Shown piece after piece: positions 9,661-18,094 of a DNA stretch of 64,000 nucleotides. The translations under genes were made by a program, and so were the position numbers. Under the pieces are notes generated by a model. The model was given only the letters and a program-made list of their open reading frames with translations. It did not search any database and was not told the DNA's origin. How positions within the stretch are numbered: position 1 is the stretch's first letter; each line of letters starts with the position of its first letter. Source of the stretch: an uncultured Pseudomonadota bacterium (GTDB lineage: Bacteria > Pseudomonadota > Gammaproteobacteria > Ga0077536); NCBI GenBank assembly GCA_902597385.1, contig CACJXQ010000001.1:137371-201370 (forward strand), read 5' to 3'.

Positions 9661-11736
9661 CTAGAAGCGCGAGAGCTTTTCCAGCAGTCTCTTCTGAGCT
9701 TCATATTCTCTATTTTTTCTGTTCGCTACCTTGTGATATTTGCCGTTTTTTCTCAAAATCCATGAGTTATAGTTGTCATTTAGATAATATCTCAAGCCTT
9801 CAGAAACTATCCTTCTGTTCAAGACTTTATCCTCTATAGGTACTGCTATTTCTACTCTGGAGAAAAAATTGCGATCCATCCAGTCTGCGCTCGCTATGTA
9901 TGTTTTAGGACTGCCGTCATTTTCAAAATAATAAATTCGAGTGTGCTCTAAAAATCGGCCCAGAATAGATTTAACGGTGATGTTTTCGGAAAGGCCTTTT
10001 ATTCCTGGTCTCAAAGTACACGCACTTCTAACTATTAGTTCAATTTTCACGCCGGCTTGAGAAGCGGAATAAAGTTTATCGACTATTTTTTTCTCGGTTA
10101 AAGCGTTCATTTTAGCGATTATTCTTGCCGGCCGGCCAGCCTTTGCGTTTTTTATCTCTTTATTTATGAGGCGGATTATGCGGGAGTGAAGAGTAAAGGG
10201 GGCTTGCAGCAGTTTCTTAAGCCTAAGTTCTCTACCAGGCGATGTTATTTGTTGGAACATGCGTTGCACGTCATTTCCGATTGTAGGAGAACAGGTTAGT
10301 AAACCAAAATCGGTATATAGGTTTGAAGTGACAGGATGATAGTTGCCAGTACCAATATGAACATAACGACGTAGTCTTTTGCCTTCTCTCCGAACGACCA
10401 AAATCATTTTCGCATGCGTTTTGTGTCCAACAACTCCATATACAACGATAGCACCCGAATCCTGTAGGCGGCTTGCGAGTGCGATGTTGTCTTGCTCATC
10501 GAATCTAGCTTTTAACTCGATTGCTACGGTTACTTCTTTTCCGTTTTGTGCTGCCTTAATTAACGCATTGACAATTGGGGAGTCAGGTCCGGTGCGATAT
10601 AGCGTTTGTTTAATAGTAATTACATTTGGGTCATTAGCCGCTTGAACTAGGAAATCTATCACAGGGAAGAACGATTCAAATGGATGGTGGAGCAGAATAT
10701 CATTTCCATTGATTGACTCAAAAATGGTTTGCCCGACTCTTAAATTCCTGTTAGTACTCGGTTTGAATTCTCTGAATCTGAAAGATTTATTTTCGATCAT
10801 GTTCGGCAGCTGATTCAACCGCATCAGATTTACAGGGCCATCGCAGCGATATACATCATCTTCATTAAGATTAAATTCTCGCTGCAGTAATTTGGATATA
10901 TCGTTCGGGCAATCAGAAGAGATTTCAAGCCGTACAGCGTTACCAAGTCTTCTCTGCATCAGTTCGCCTTCTAAGGCCTGCCTCAAATTTCCAATAGCCT
11001 CATCGTCTAAGAAAAGATCGCTATTTCGTGTAACTCGAAACTGATATAGGCCTACAACTGACATTCCAGGGAATATTGCTGTGATATAGGCATTTATTAT
11101 TGAAGAGAGAAAGACAAAATCATCCCGTTTTTTTCTTGACGTATTGGGTATTTTAACGATTCTAGGTAGTGCTCTGGGGGCTTGTAAGATAGCTAGGTTT
11201 CCCTGCCGGCCATAGGCATCAACTCCTTCTAGGTTGACAGCGAAACACAGATTTTTGTTTAAAACCTTTGGGAAGGGGTGGGAGGGATCCAGGCTGACAG
11301 GACTAAGAACAGGTAAAAGCTCCCTGTGAAAATAGTTTCTTATCCATCTTCTCTGGGTTGGATTCCATTTATTTTTGTCTAAAAAAAAGATCTTTTTTTC
11401 TTCCATGGTTGGCAGCACAGATCGATTATATAAGTTGTACTGATCCTTCACGAGATCACGAGCCCTTTGAGCGATTGCGGAAAGCTGGAGGGCTGGTGAT
11501 TCCCCTTCTGTGTCTTGTCCAAACGAACTTAGGCTTATTTCTTGTTCTTTGAGTCCTGCTACACGTATCTCAAAAAACTCATCTAAATTACTGCTACTAA
11601 TGCATAGATAGCGGAGTCTTTCTAATACCGGTATGTTTTCATCTCTGGCTTGCTCTAAAACACGCGCGTTAAATTCTAATTGGCTCAGTTCTCTATTTAG
11701 ATAGAATTCTTGATGATCTGGCGCGGTATTTTTCAT
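9661..11736 (-). CDS. ppk: Polyphosphate kinase 1
   Basis: 691 aa. N-terminal YLNRELSQLEFNARVL, PLD-like HxK motif (GHKTHAKMILVVRRE), second PLD-like domain. Full-length PPK1 architecture. Confidence 0.95.
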   Translation of the reverse strand: MKNTAPDHQEFYLNRELSQLEFNARVLEQARDENIPVLERLRYLCISSSNLDEFFEIRVAGLKEQEISLSSFGQDTEGESPALQLSAIAQRARDLVKDQYNLYNRSVLPTMEEKKIFFLDKNKWNPTQRRWIRNYFHRELLPVLSPVSLDPSHPFPKVLNKNLCFAVNLEGVDAYGRQGNLAILQAPRALPRIVKIPNTSRKKRDDFVFLSSIINAYITAIFPGMSVVGLYQFRVTRNSDLFLDDEAIGNLRQALEGELMQRRLGNAVRLEISSDCPNDISKLLQREFNLNEDDVYRCDGPVNLMRLNQLPNMIENKSFRFREFKPSTNRNLRVGQTIFESINGNDILLHHPFESFFPVIDFLVQAANDPNVITIKQTLYRTGPDSPIVNALIKAAQNGKEVTVAIELKARFDEQDNIALASRLQDSGAIVVYGVVGHKTHAKMILVVRREGKRLRRYVHIGTGNYHPVTSNLYTDFGLLTCSPTIGNDVQRMFQQITSPGRELRLKKLLQAPFTLHSRIIRLINKEIKNAKAGRPARIIAKMNALTEKKIVDKLYSASQAGVKIELIVRSACTLRPGIKGLSENITVKSILGRFLEHTRIYYFENDGSPKTYIASADWMDRNFFSRVEIAVPIEDKVLNRRIVSEGLRYYLNDNYNSWILRKNGKYHKVANRKNREYEAQKRLLEKLSRF

Positions 11737-11792
11737 TTTATCAAATGTCTATAAAAGGTTAATATTTTTACTCTATTAATCAGTTCTATTTT

Positions 11793-12515
11793 TTAATCTT
11801 GAGCAGCTTCTAGGATAGCTTGGCTAAGGGATTTAGGGTTTGTGAAGCAGAGCTCGTGGCTTCCTCTTACTTGAATTAGTCTGAAGATGCCTAATTTTTC
11901 CGATAGCCTGGGATGCCAGCCCTCACTTTGTGGTAAAGCAGTATCATCCATGCAATTTATAAAAGACTTTCCAATATCCAATTGGTCAGGATTTGTTTTG
12001 AGTTGGATAGGATCAGAAAAAGTTTTTCGAGGGTGAGGGTTCAGCTGGGCGTATGTGTCTAAAGCGATTTCCAAAGGTGCATCATTGATGAAGCTTTCTC
12101 TCCAAATCTCAAATGGAAGCATAAAAGAACCATCTGGCTTCGTGAGTGTATCGAGCAAATCCACAAAAGCTGGAGTCACCATATCTTCTAGACTTTCGCC
12201 ATGTTTAGGTACGAACGCGTTCCAATAAATCAATCTCTTAAGTCGTTCCCCCAACCTGTCCGCTACCCCTGTTATAATCATACCTCCGTAACTATGGCCA
12301 CATAGAACTATATCATTTAAATCGTGTTTGATAATGTAGGACTCTATAGACGAAATGGCTTCAGCAAGTCCTATGTTTTTAGGATCTCCTGGTCCATTTC
12401 CAAAAACGGTCGGTGTGTGTATAGACGCTCCCTGCGCAATAAGATACTCGGTCGATTTTTTAAAAGCGGAGGAATCATGCCAGGCTCCATGAACTAATAC
12501 TAAAGATGCCATCAT
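11793..12515 (-). CDS. Alpha/beta hydrolase (methylesterase/SABP2-like)
   Basis: LVLVHGAWH oxyanion region and GHSYGG nucleophile elbow. 240 aa. Confidence 0.75.
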   Translation of the reverse strand: MMASLVLVHGAWHDSSAFKKSTEYLIAQGASIHTPTVFGNGPGDPKNIGLAEAISSIESYIIKHDLNDIVLCGHSYGGMIITGVADRLGERLKRLIYWNAFVPKHGESLEDMVTPAFVDLLDTLTKPDGSFMLPFEIWRESFINDAPLEIALDTYAQLNPHPRKTFSDPIQLKTNPDQLDIGKSFINCMDDTALPQSEGWHPRLSEKLGIFRLIQVRGSHELCFTNPKSLSQAILEAAQD

Positions 12516-12614
12516 TACCTCACTATAAATAAATGCTAGACTTCCTCGTTAATTATTGATTGCTTTATCTTGGTCGTAAAGGTTTATTTATAAATTAAGT
12601 GGAGAGACTGTTTT

Positions 12615-12791
12615 TTGAGTAGAAAAAAAATCAAGGAATGTTCTATCTGTGAAGGTACATTTGAATGCGGGCGTTGGGAGGAGGGTTGTTGGTGTATGAA
12701 AATGCCCGTGAAAAATATCGTCGAGGATTTAGACTGTATGTGTCCTAAATGTTTTGAGGAAGAACTTTTGACAGCTGTAGGCAAAGTTTAA
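12615..12791 (+). CDS. Cysteine-rich CWC family small protein (58 codons; below the ORF-track cutoff)
   Basis: TTG start 8 nt after GGAGAG. Translation (M)SRKKIKECSICEGTFECGRWEEGCWCMKMPVKNIVEDLDCMCPKCFEEELLTAVGKV* has 8 Cys, including CxxC...C...CWC and CMCPKC. The listed antisense ORF 12584..12784 is compositionally implausible. Confidence 0.5.
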   Translation: MSRKKIKECSICEGTFECGRWEEGCWCMKMPVKNIVEDLDCMCPKCFEEELLTAVGKV

Positions 12792-12808
12792 AAGCTTTTA
12801 GGATTTCC

Positions 12809-13165
12809 TTAGTTTTGTTCAGCTTCGTCTTTCATTTTTCCTGCAGCTTTTTGGGCGGCCTCAGGCGTGTCAAATAACTGATCTTCAAAGAGCTTCAACG
12901 GCTTAGCTCTATCGGCGCAAAGTTGCCCCACGCACCATTTTGTTCCTGACACAACTTCTACTGCCATATAAAAACCATCCATAGGACCGACTTTATAGTT
13001 ATTAAAGGCGTATAAAACTTCCGAGAGGTCACTTAATTTGTCGGGATCTAAATCCTTTAGTATTTTGCTCTCAAGTTTATTTAATTCCTCAACCCGTGTG
13101 GGAATCACGTGCTTGCCAGCAGGATTAGGAACCATCTCAATGCCTGAATTCTTTACTTTAGTCAT
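12809..13165 (-). CDS. Hypothetical protein, third gene of the DMFase-like operon
   Basis: 118 aa. Starts 5 nt after the stop of the 785-aa gene. No motif recognised. Confidence 0.5.
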   Translation of the reverse strand: MTKVKNSGIEMVPNPAGKHVIPTRVEELNKLESKILKDLDPDKLSDLSEVLYAFNNYKVGPMDGFYMAVEVVSGTKWCVGQLCADRAKPLKLFEDQLFDTPEAAQKAAGKMKDEAEQN

Positions 13166-13170
13166 TACTC

Positions 13171-15528
13171 TTAAGGCAAGGGTCCTGGTTTTAGGAAGCC
13201 TCGTATGACGTTTTCCATGAGCTTGGACACGTTATTCTTATAATCATTATGTGAGAGGCTACCGCACCACGCCAAAGAACCCGGAGCAAACACGGCACCG
13301 TCGTTAGGTGTCTTGTAATAAATCATGTCGGCTCGCACCATGGGGTTTTCATCTCCACCTCCATAATATCCTCGGCAGGTGAAGTGTATTTCCTCGTTGA
13401 CTTGCATCATAAGGTCCGTATGGCCTTCTGATCGTGCTAGCAAAAAAGCCTCATGGGGGGTGCCAAATTCCAAGTCGTAACGATCAATTTCTAGGCCTGC
13501 AGCACCACCCCCAACTAATCCAAAGTCACCTATTATTTCATCGCTCCCTATCCCTTTGAACATCCAAGCACATTCTTTTCGCTTGGAATCGGGTTCTCTT
13601 CTATAGTATGAGGATACATCGAAACCATAGGCTGTAAATGTTAATCCGCAGACCTTAGTTGGTATTCGCCCACGAGCCCTCCACATGCCGCCAAATTTAC
13701 CATCAAAAGCATTGTTGTATTCTCCCGGGTTTGCGGTCCAGGCTCTGGTTCCAGCTTCTCCTTTTCGAACTTCTATAATATTGCTGTCATCAGGATGGTA
13801 TTGACTAACCCAATAAAAACCGTCGGCGCCCAAGTACAGCCACCTTCCTCCTGCCTGTTGGTAGGCTTCGTATGCAGTAAGCATATTTTCAGAGGAATAT
13901 TCTGGATGACTCCCTGTTAGTACTACAGGGTATCTATTGAGGAGATCAACGCCCTCTCGATCTAGATCTTCATCTGTATGTACATCGTAATCTATCCCCT
14001 TTGCCTCTAACCAATCTGTGAGGTGCAGATCGGCATTTAATTGCCATAGAGAAGGAGAAAGCCAATGGCGATATTTAGGTCGCATATTGAGGATAGGTCG
14101 TAGCCTAGAGGAGAAGCACACTCCACTTCCGTCTGAATGACAAGAGTATGTGGATAGCCCGTACTCTCTATGTTCATTCAAATACAGATCAGAAGCTTGC
14201 ATAATCGGTACGCGTCCGGAGAGTAACTCTGCCACAACCGAGTTTGTTGCTAAGTTATCATTAGAATAAGCCATGTAGGAATTGGTGGGTATTATTAAGC
14301 AAACCTTTGCGGTGGTCTGGCCCTTCGGAGGTCTTACAAAGAATGGTACATAATCCTCTGTTTCGGGACTTTCGATACCATTTATTCTCAGTCTCGCTCC
14401 GTAAACACCACTGCGTAATTTGCTAGGTAGCTTATAAGCGAAACTCTCTTCCCAACGTGCATCATCGATATCGTCATCATGAAAGTGAATAGCGCCATAC
14501 TCCTGCGGTACATGATGATAAACGATATCATCACTTGTCCAGTTATAACCCGTCATCCCCCGGGCAGGTAAATTCACAGTAAATCCGTTTATTTTATTGG
14601 GTGAGGTATCTAATATTTGGCAAGAAGATATTTTATCGGTGATGTTCTCATGAAAATCCCATGCCCCTACGATAGAATTTCTGAGTTCCGCGTCACAACC
14701 GTCTATCCCCCTGGCCAAGGAATCAATATCATTTTTTTCTAGAGCTCGATTGGCAAATCGCGGCCTATCTATCTTTCCGTTATACAATTGAGTTTGTTCC
14801 GGAAGAGAGAACGGTTCGAGAGCTTCCTTGTACATGCCACCTGTCAGGAATCTCCCAGATTTTACGGATCTTGTGCTAGCAGCCATGAGGAGAGGGGCAG
14901 CATTCTCCTCAGGCATTAATCTGACGCTTGATGTGACAGCTCCTGTCGTAGAACTAGATGGGTGTAGGAGAGAAAGACCCAATCCTCCGTTAGTCGGAGT
15001 CACTACTGGGACTTGGTAGACTCGCACTCTCTTTGTTTTGGAGTCAAAAGTGACTGCTGCGAGATACCAAACTTTGCGCATCAATGGTTTTTTACTTGAG
15101 ACAGTTTCTACCTTGCCTTTTTTCCCTCCAATCCAACAAGATAGACAGCCCTTTTCGTCTATGAACATCCCGAAACCGGTGTTATTTTTTTCTGACCACT
15201 TTGTGATTATTCCCTGAACACCTTTTTCGGGGGTTGTGGGAAATATAAAAGCTTGGAGTGTGAAACTATCCACATTCATTCTGTGATCGTGTTGAAAGCA
15301 AGCGTAGGAGCCACCATGAATTTTTTGGTTTTTCCCTTTGTATTTCTTGTTGCAGGAGGAACGAACTACTTTTTCTTTGAACCCTGGCCCCTCGGGGTTT
15401 GTATCCCCGTGGATTAGTCTTACGATGTCTACCTGATAATCTTCGTTTTTTTCAGAGTTGACATAAAATTTTATTTCTTCCCCGGGACAAACCGAGTATT
15501 TGTCGCTGTAACCAGTAATTCTTAGCAT
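13171..15528 (-). CDS. N,N-dimethylformamidase large (beta) subunit-like protein
   Basis: 785 aa. N-terminus MLRITGYSDKYSVCPGEEIKFYV and overall length match my memory of the DMFase beta-subunit family (LamG-like N-domain plus large C-terminal domain). Preceded by a small-subunit-sized gene. Confidence 0.65.
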   Translation of the reverse strand: MLRITGYSDKYSVCPGEEIKFYVNSEKNEDYQVDIVRLIHGDTNPEGPGFKEKVVRSSCNKKYKGKNQKIHGGSYACFQHDHRMNVDSFTLQAFIFPTTPEKGVQGIITKWSEKNNTGFGMFIDEKGCLSCWIGGKKGKVETVSSKKPLMRKVWYLAAVTFDSKTKRVRVYQVPVVTPTNGGLGLSLLHPSSSTTGAVTSSVRLMPEENAAPLLMAASTRSVKSGRFLTGGMYKEALEPFSLPEQTQLYNGKIDRPRFANRALEKNDIDSLARGIDGCDAELRNSIVGAWDFHENITDKISSCQILDTSPNKINGFTVNLPARGMTGYNWTSDDIVYHHVPQEYGAIHFHDDDIDDARWEESFAYKLPSKLRSGVYGARLRINGIESPETEDYVPFFVRPPKGQTTAKVCLIIPTNSYMAYSNDNLATNSVVAELLSGRVPIMQASDLYLNEHREYGLSTYSCHSDGSGVCFSSRLRPILNMRPKYRHWLSPSLWQLNADLHLTDWLEAKGIDYDVHTDEDLDREGVDLLNRYPVVLTGSHPEYSSENMLTAYEAYQQAGGRWLYLGADGFYWVSQYHPDDSNIIEVRKGEAGTRAWTANPGEYNNAFDGKFGGMWRARGRIPTKVCGLTFTAYGFDVSSYYRREPDSKRKECAWMFKGIGSDEIIGDFGLVGGGAAGLEIDRYDLEFGTPHEAFLLARSEGHTDLMMQVNEEIHFTCRGYYGGGDENPMVRADMIYYKTPNDGAVFAPGSLAWCGSLSHNDYKNNVSKLMENVIRGFLKPGPLP

Positions 15529-15581
15529 TTTTTTGCTCCCTTAGATTCTGATTTTTCGAGAGACCGGTCTATTCTTCTTCT

Positions 15582-15995
15582 CTAAGAATTATAGCCGTAC
15601 TCTTTCAAGAGATCGGTGATTCTCTTTTTGAAAATCGCGTGCTCGCAGCTGTCCTCGCTCGGATAGGATTTAGAAAGAATTTTGACAGGTTTTCCTCTTA
15701 TACCGCTGACAATCCCAATACGGTAATCGGTATGGGGAACTCTGCATACTCGGACGTATTTGCCTTCCATAGGATGACGTCTGAATTTATCTATTACCCT
15801 AGCTAGGTCCTCGCTGTGTTGGACTGCTGATTTGCCTTTCTTGCCAGGAATTCCTATAGGATTATGAAGATGTTCATTTATAAGTTCCTGACGTTTAACC
15901 TTATCAGTCAACAGAGGCAGGATGTGAGTTCTTGTTATGAAGTCATCGGTTTGGGTGTATCCCCGGTTTTCTTGTACACCAGTCTTTTTAGCCAT
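15582..15995 (-). CDS. Small protein in the position of the DMFase small (alpha) subunit
   Basis: 137 aa, immediately upstream (53 nt) of the large-subunit-like gene, as in dmfA1-dmfA2. The C-terminal pattern ...YRIGIVSGIRGKP...EDSCEHAIFKKRI resembles what I recall of the small subunit, unverified. Confidence 0.4.
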   Translation of the reverse strand: MAKKTGVQENRGYTQTDDFITRTHILPLLTDKVKRQELINEHLHNPIGIPGKKGKSAVQHSEDLARVIDKFRRHPMEGKYVRVCRVPHTDYRIGIVSGIRGKPVKILSKSYPSEDSCEHAIFKKRITDLLKEYGYNS

Positions 15996-16175
15996 TTGCT
16001 ACCCCTTTTTCTTGAGTTAACAACACGGAAAGTCACTTAGGCCAGTGGCTAGTAAATCAGCATGCATAAACGGCGTCCTTGAGTCTCCTATTTATGACCG
16101 TACCAGACATTTGTAAATAGTAAAGTGTTTTTTTATTAATAGTTATCTAAAAAACTATCTAAAGTTAGGTCATTT

Positions 16176-16538
16176 TTAGGAACTTGAGGATTTCTCTATA
16201 AATTTTACTGCCAGCGAAGGTGGCCTGGCAATAATGGCCTTCCCTTTTGTGATGACAACCGGTCTTTGTAAGAGCTCAGGAGCCGCGGCTATGGCTTCGG
16301 CTATTCGTTTATGTTTGTTTGATTTGCCGACATTTCTTGGTTCATCATTAAAGCTCTGTCTCATTAGACTCTCGGGATTTTCCAACTCTAATAACGAGAT
16401 TAAATTGAGAATTTCTTCTTCCGACAGAGGATGAGTGAGATAATTCCTCATAACAAATTGAATACCGGTGGTTCTTACCAGGTTAAGTAGCTCTCTAGAT
16501 TTTGAGCAGTCGGGGTTGTATAAAATTGTGTTCTCCAT
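16176..16538 (-). CDS. ArsC/Spx-family arsenate reductase-like protein
   Basis: 120 aa. N-terminal ILYNPDCSKSR (catalytic Cys motif) and LLQRPVV near the C-terminus. Confidence 0.8.
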   Translation of the reverse strand: MENTILYNPDCSKSRELLNLVRTTGIQFVMRNYLTHPLSEEEILNLISLLELENPESLMRQSFNDEPRNVGKSNKHKRIAEAIAAAPELLQRPVVITKGKAIIARPPSLAVKFIEKSSSS

Positions 16539-16549
16539 TCTTATAGATT

Positions 16550-17458
16550 ATGTTCAGCCTGAAGAAAACTCAAATCTCTATTGTTCGGAGGCAAAAAAGA
16601 TTGAGACAGTTAATAAATAGAGTCTTAGGCGTGAAAAACGCGCCTATTCTAAAGGCAAAGTACTATAAGCAACGTAGTGTTTTTAAACCAAAAAATCTTC
16701 TTCGCGAGGCGAGAAGACAACTGGGTGTAGCTTTTGGTTCAGTTCCCGACTTCGTCGTGTTAGATCCTGATGGTGATATTTTAGATCATCTAGCTAAAAC
16801 AGGCGAGGTGACTTTAAATCCTTATTGGGCATGTTACCACACGAAGTTATACGAGTTTAAGTTAGGCAGATCTAAGCTGGGTATCATCGGCCGAGCAGTG
16901 GGAGGCTCCTTTGCTGTTCTACTAGCCGAACAACTCTTCGCTTCGGGATGTAAATTTATTATTAACATCACATCAGCCGGTAAGATAGAAGATAATTTGA
17001 AAACCCCGAGCTATATTCTTGTTAATAAGGCATTGCGGGACGAAGGAACAAGTCTTCATTACTTGCCCCCTGCCGATTTTGTTTCTATAAGACCCGAGCT
17101 GCTCTCTGTTTTTTCGTTAGCTAGTTGGAGGAAGGAGTTGCGAGTGAAGGTTGGATCTGTCTGGACAACAGATGCGCCTTACAGGGAGACAGCTGGCGCA
17201 ATAGAATCAGCAAAAAGACGGGGGCTATTGGCGGTCGAAATGGAAACAGCTTCTTTGTACGCCTTCGCGGAGGCCACCTCTAATTTTGTAATTTCATTTG
17301 CGTTTGTCACCAATGAAATGGCTCAAAAGGGCGAAGACTTTGAGAAAGGCGATTCTGGGGGTGCCATAGACGCCCTAGAACTCATCGAGGAGACGGTTGG
17401 CGTCCTTAATGATTTTCTATTGAGCCGAGGCCGCTTGAAGTCGCAGGAGGCTTTCTAA
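16550..17458 (+). CDS. Nucleoside phosphorylase family protein (PNP/UDP_1)
   Basis: SVFKPKNLLREARRQ N-terminal motif and AVEMETASLYAFA. The true start may be GTG at 16631. The 3' end overlaps the convergent selenoprotein gene by 42 nt. Confidence 0.7.
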   Translation: MFSLKKTQISIVRRQKRLRQLINRVLGVKNAPILKAKYYKQRSVFKPKNLLREARRQLGVAFGSVPDFVVLDPDGDILDHLAKTGEVTLNPYWACYHTKLYEFKLGRSKLGIIGRAVGGSFAVLLAEQLFASGCKFIINITSAGKIEDNLKTPSYILVNKALRDEGTSLHYLPPADFVSIRPELLSVFSLASWRKELRVKVGSVWTTDAPYRETAGAIESAKRRGLLAVEMETASLYAFAEATSNFVISFAFVTNEMAQKGEDFEKGDSGGAIDALELIEETVGVLNDFLLSRGRLKSQEAF

Positions 17459-18079
17459 GGTAGCGCTGGGCTCTGGTCTAGAGGTGTAGTCTGGATCTGC
17501 TTCAACCTCGAAAATTGTGCCACCTTTTCTCACTATGATTCTGGAAGGAATCGGTAAGGTCCAACTCTCATCTCCATTTGTTTGGGCGAGGTTGATCTTA
17601 AACCCTTCATAAATTGATTTGATATTCGATGGTATTTGGAAGCGCAGTCCTAGTTCAGCGGCATAGGTGTTTCCTGGGTCACTTAAGATGTCAAATCCCA
17701 AAGAATGCGACGCTACCATTTGAGAATTGAATGAGACTTTTTGAGGACTAAGCGCTAGCAGAACCGTGTTTGTTTCTTCTATCTTTCCTAAGGTTGCTTG
17801 CAGAGCTTCCAGCTCTGCGTTGCAATATGGTCACCAGTGCCCACGAAATATGGTTATCACTAAATTTTTTTTTGCCAACAGCTCGTTTGAAGCGATCTCA
17901 ATACCGTCTTGGTTCTTTAACTTGAAAGCTGGTAGAGGGCTGTTGGATTTAACTATACCATCAAGGATACCTGACTCGCGTAGCTGACTCGTGGCTCTGA
18001 GCATCTCCGAGAGGGTTTTTTGGGGAATATTTTCTGCTGCTTGACGCTTCATTGCGTCTAGCTTTTGTTTCAAGTTCAT
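17417..18079 (-). CDS. Peroxiredoxin-like (AhpC/TSA, PRX_like2-type) probable selenoprotein; 220 codons read through in-frame UGA (Sec) at 17831-17833, motif W-U-P-Y-C
   Basis: ORFs 17831..18079 and 17417..17719 are in the same frame, with no other stop in the 111 nt between them. The joined translation ...NLVITIFRGHW-U-PYCNAELEALQATLGKIEETNTVLLALSPQ...SHSLGFDILSDPGN... is a continuous thioredoxin-fold Prx-like protein. A SECIS-like hairpin follows the UGA. Confidence 0.75.
17794..17825 (-). promoter_or_regulatory. Bacterial SECIS-like stem-loop downstream of the in-frame UGA
   Basis: mRNA 5'-UUGC-AAC-GCAGAGC-UGGAA-GCUCUGC-AA-GCAA-3'. Perfect 7-bp upper stem (17818-17812 / 17806-17800), 5-nt apical loop containing GG, 4-bp lower stem. 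The upper stem starts 12 nt after UGA. Confidence 0.65.
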
Positions 18080-18094
18080 TATGGTTGTTTCTCC

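Noticed and set aside
12584-12784. 66-aa minus-strand ORF from the track
   Set aside because: Its translation is low-complexity (S/H/I/F-rich) with no motifs. The opposite strand encodes a coherent CWC-type Cys-rich protein with a Shine-Dalgarno sequence.
17417-17458. 42-nt overlap of the convergent 3' ends of the nucleoside phosphorylase-like and selenoprotein genes as a possible antisense regulatory device
   Set aside because: Both C-terminal tails are non-conserved-looking extensions, and the overlap may simply reflect late stop codons. There is no structure or motif to support regulation.
17831-17833. Whether the in-frame TGA reflects a genetic-code reassignment (TGA=Trp or Gly) rather than Sec
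   Set aside because: TGA terminates well-supported genes elsewhere in the window (M14 peptidase at 6048-6050, ppx at 9653-9655), and no other gene needs TGA read-through. The position coincides with a catalytic Cys and has a downstream hairpin, which fits Sec. A plain nonsense pseudogene cannot be fully excluded and is listed as the refutation case.
17766-17987. 73-aa plus-strand ORF spanning the UGA/SECIS region
   Set aside because: It is antisense to the continuous peroxiredoxin-like reading frame and has no recognisable features. It is a by-product of the coding strand's codon structure.
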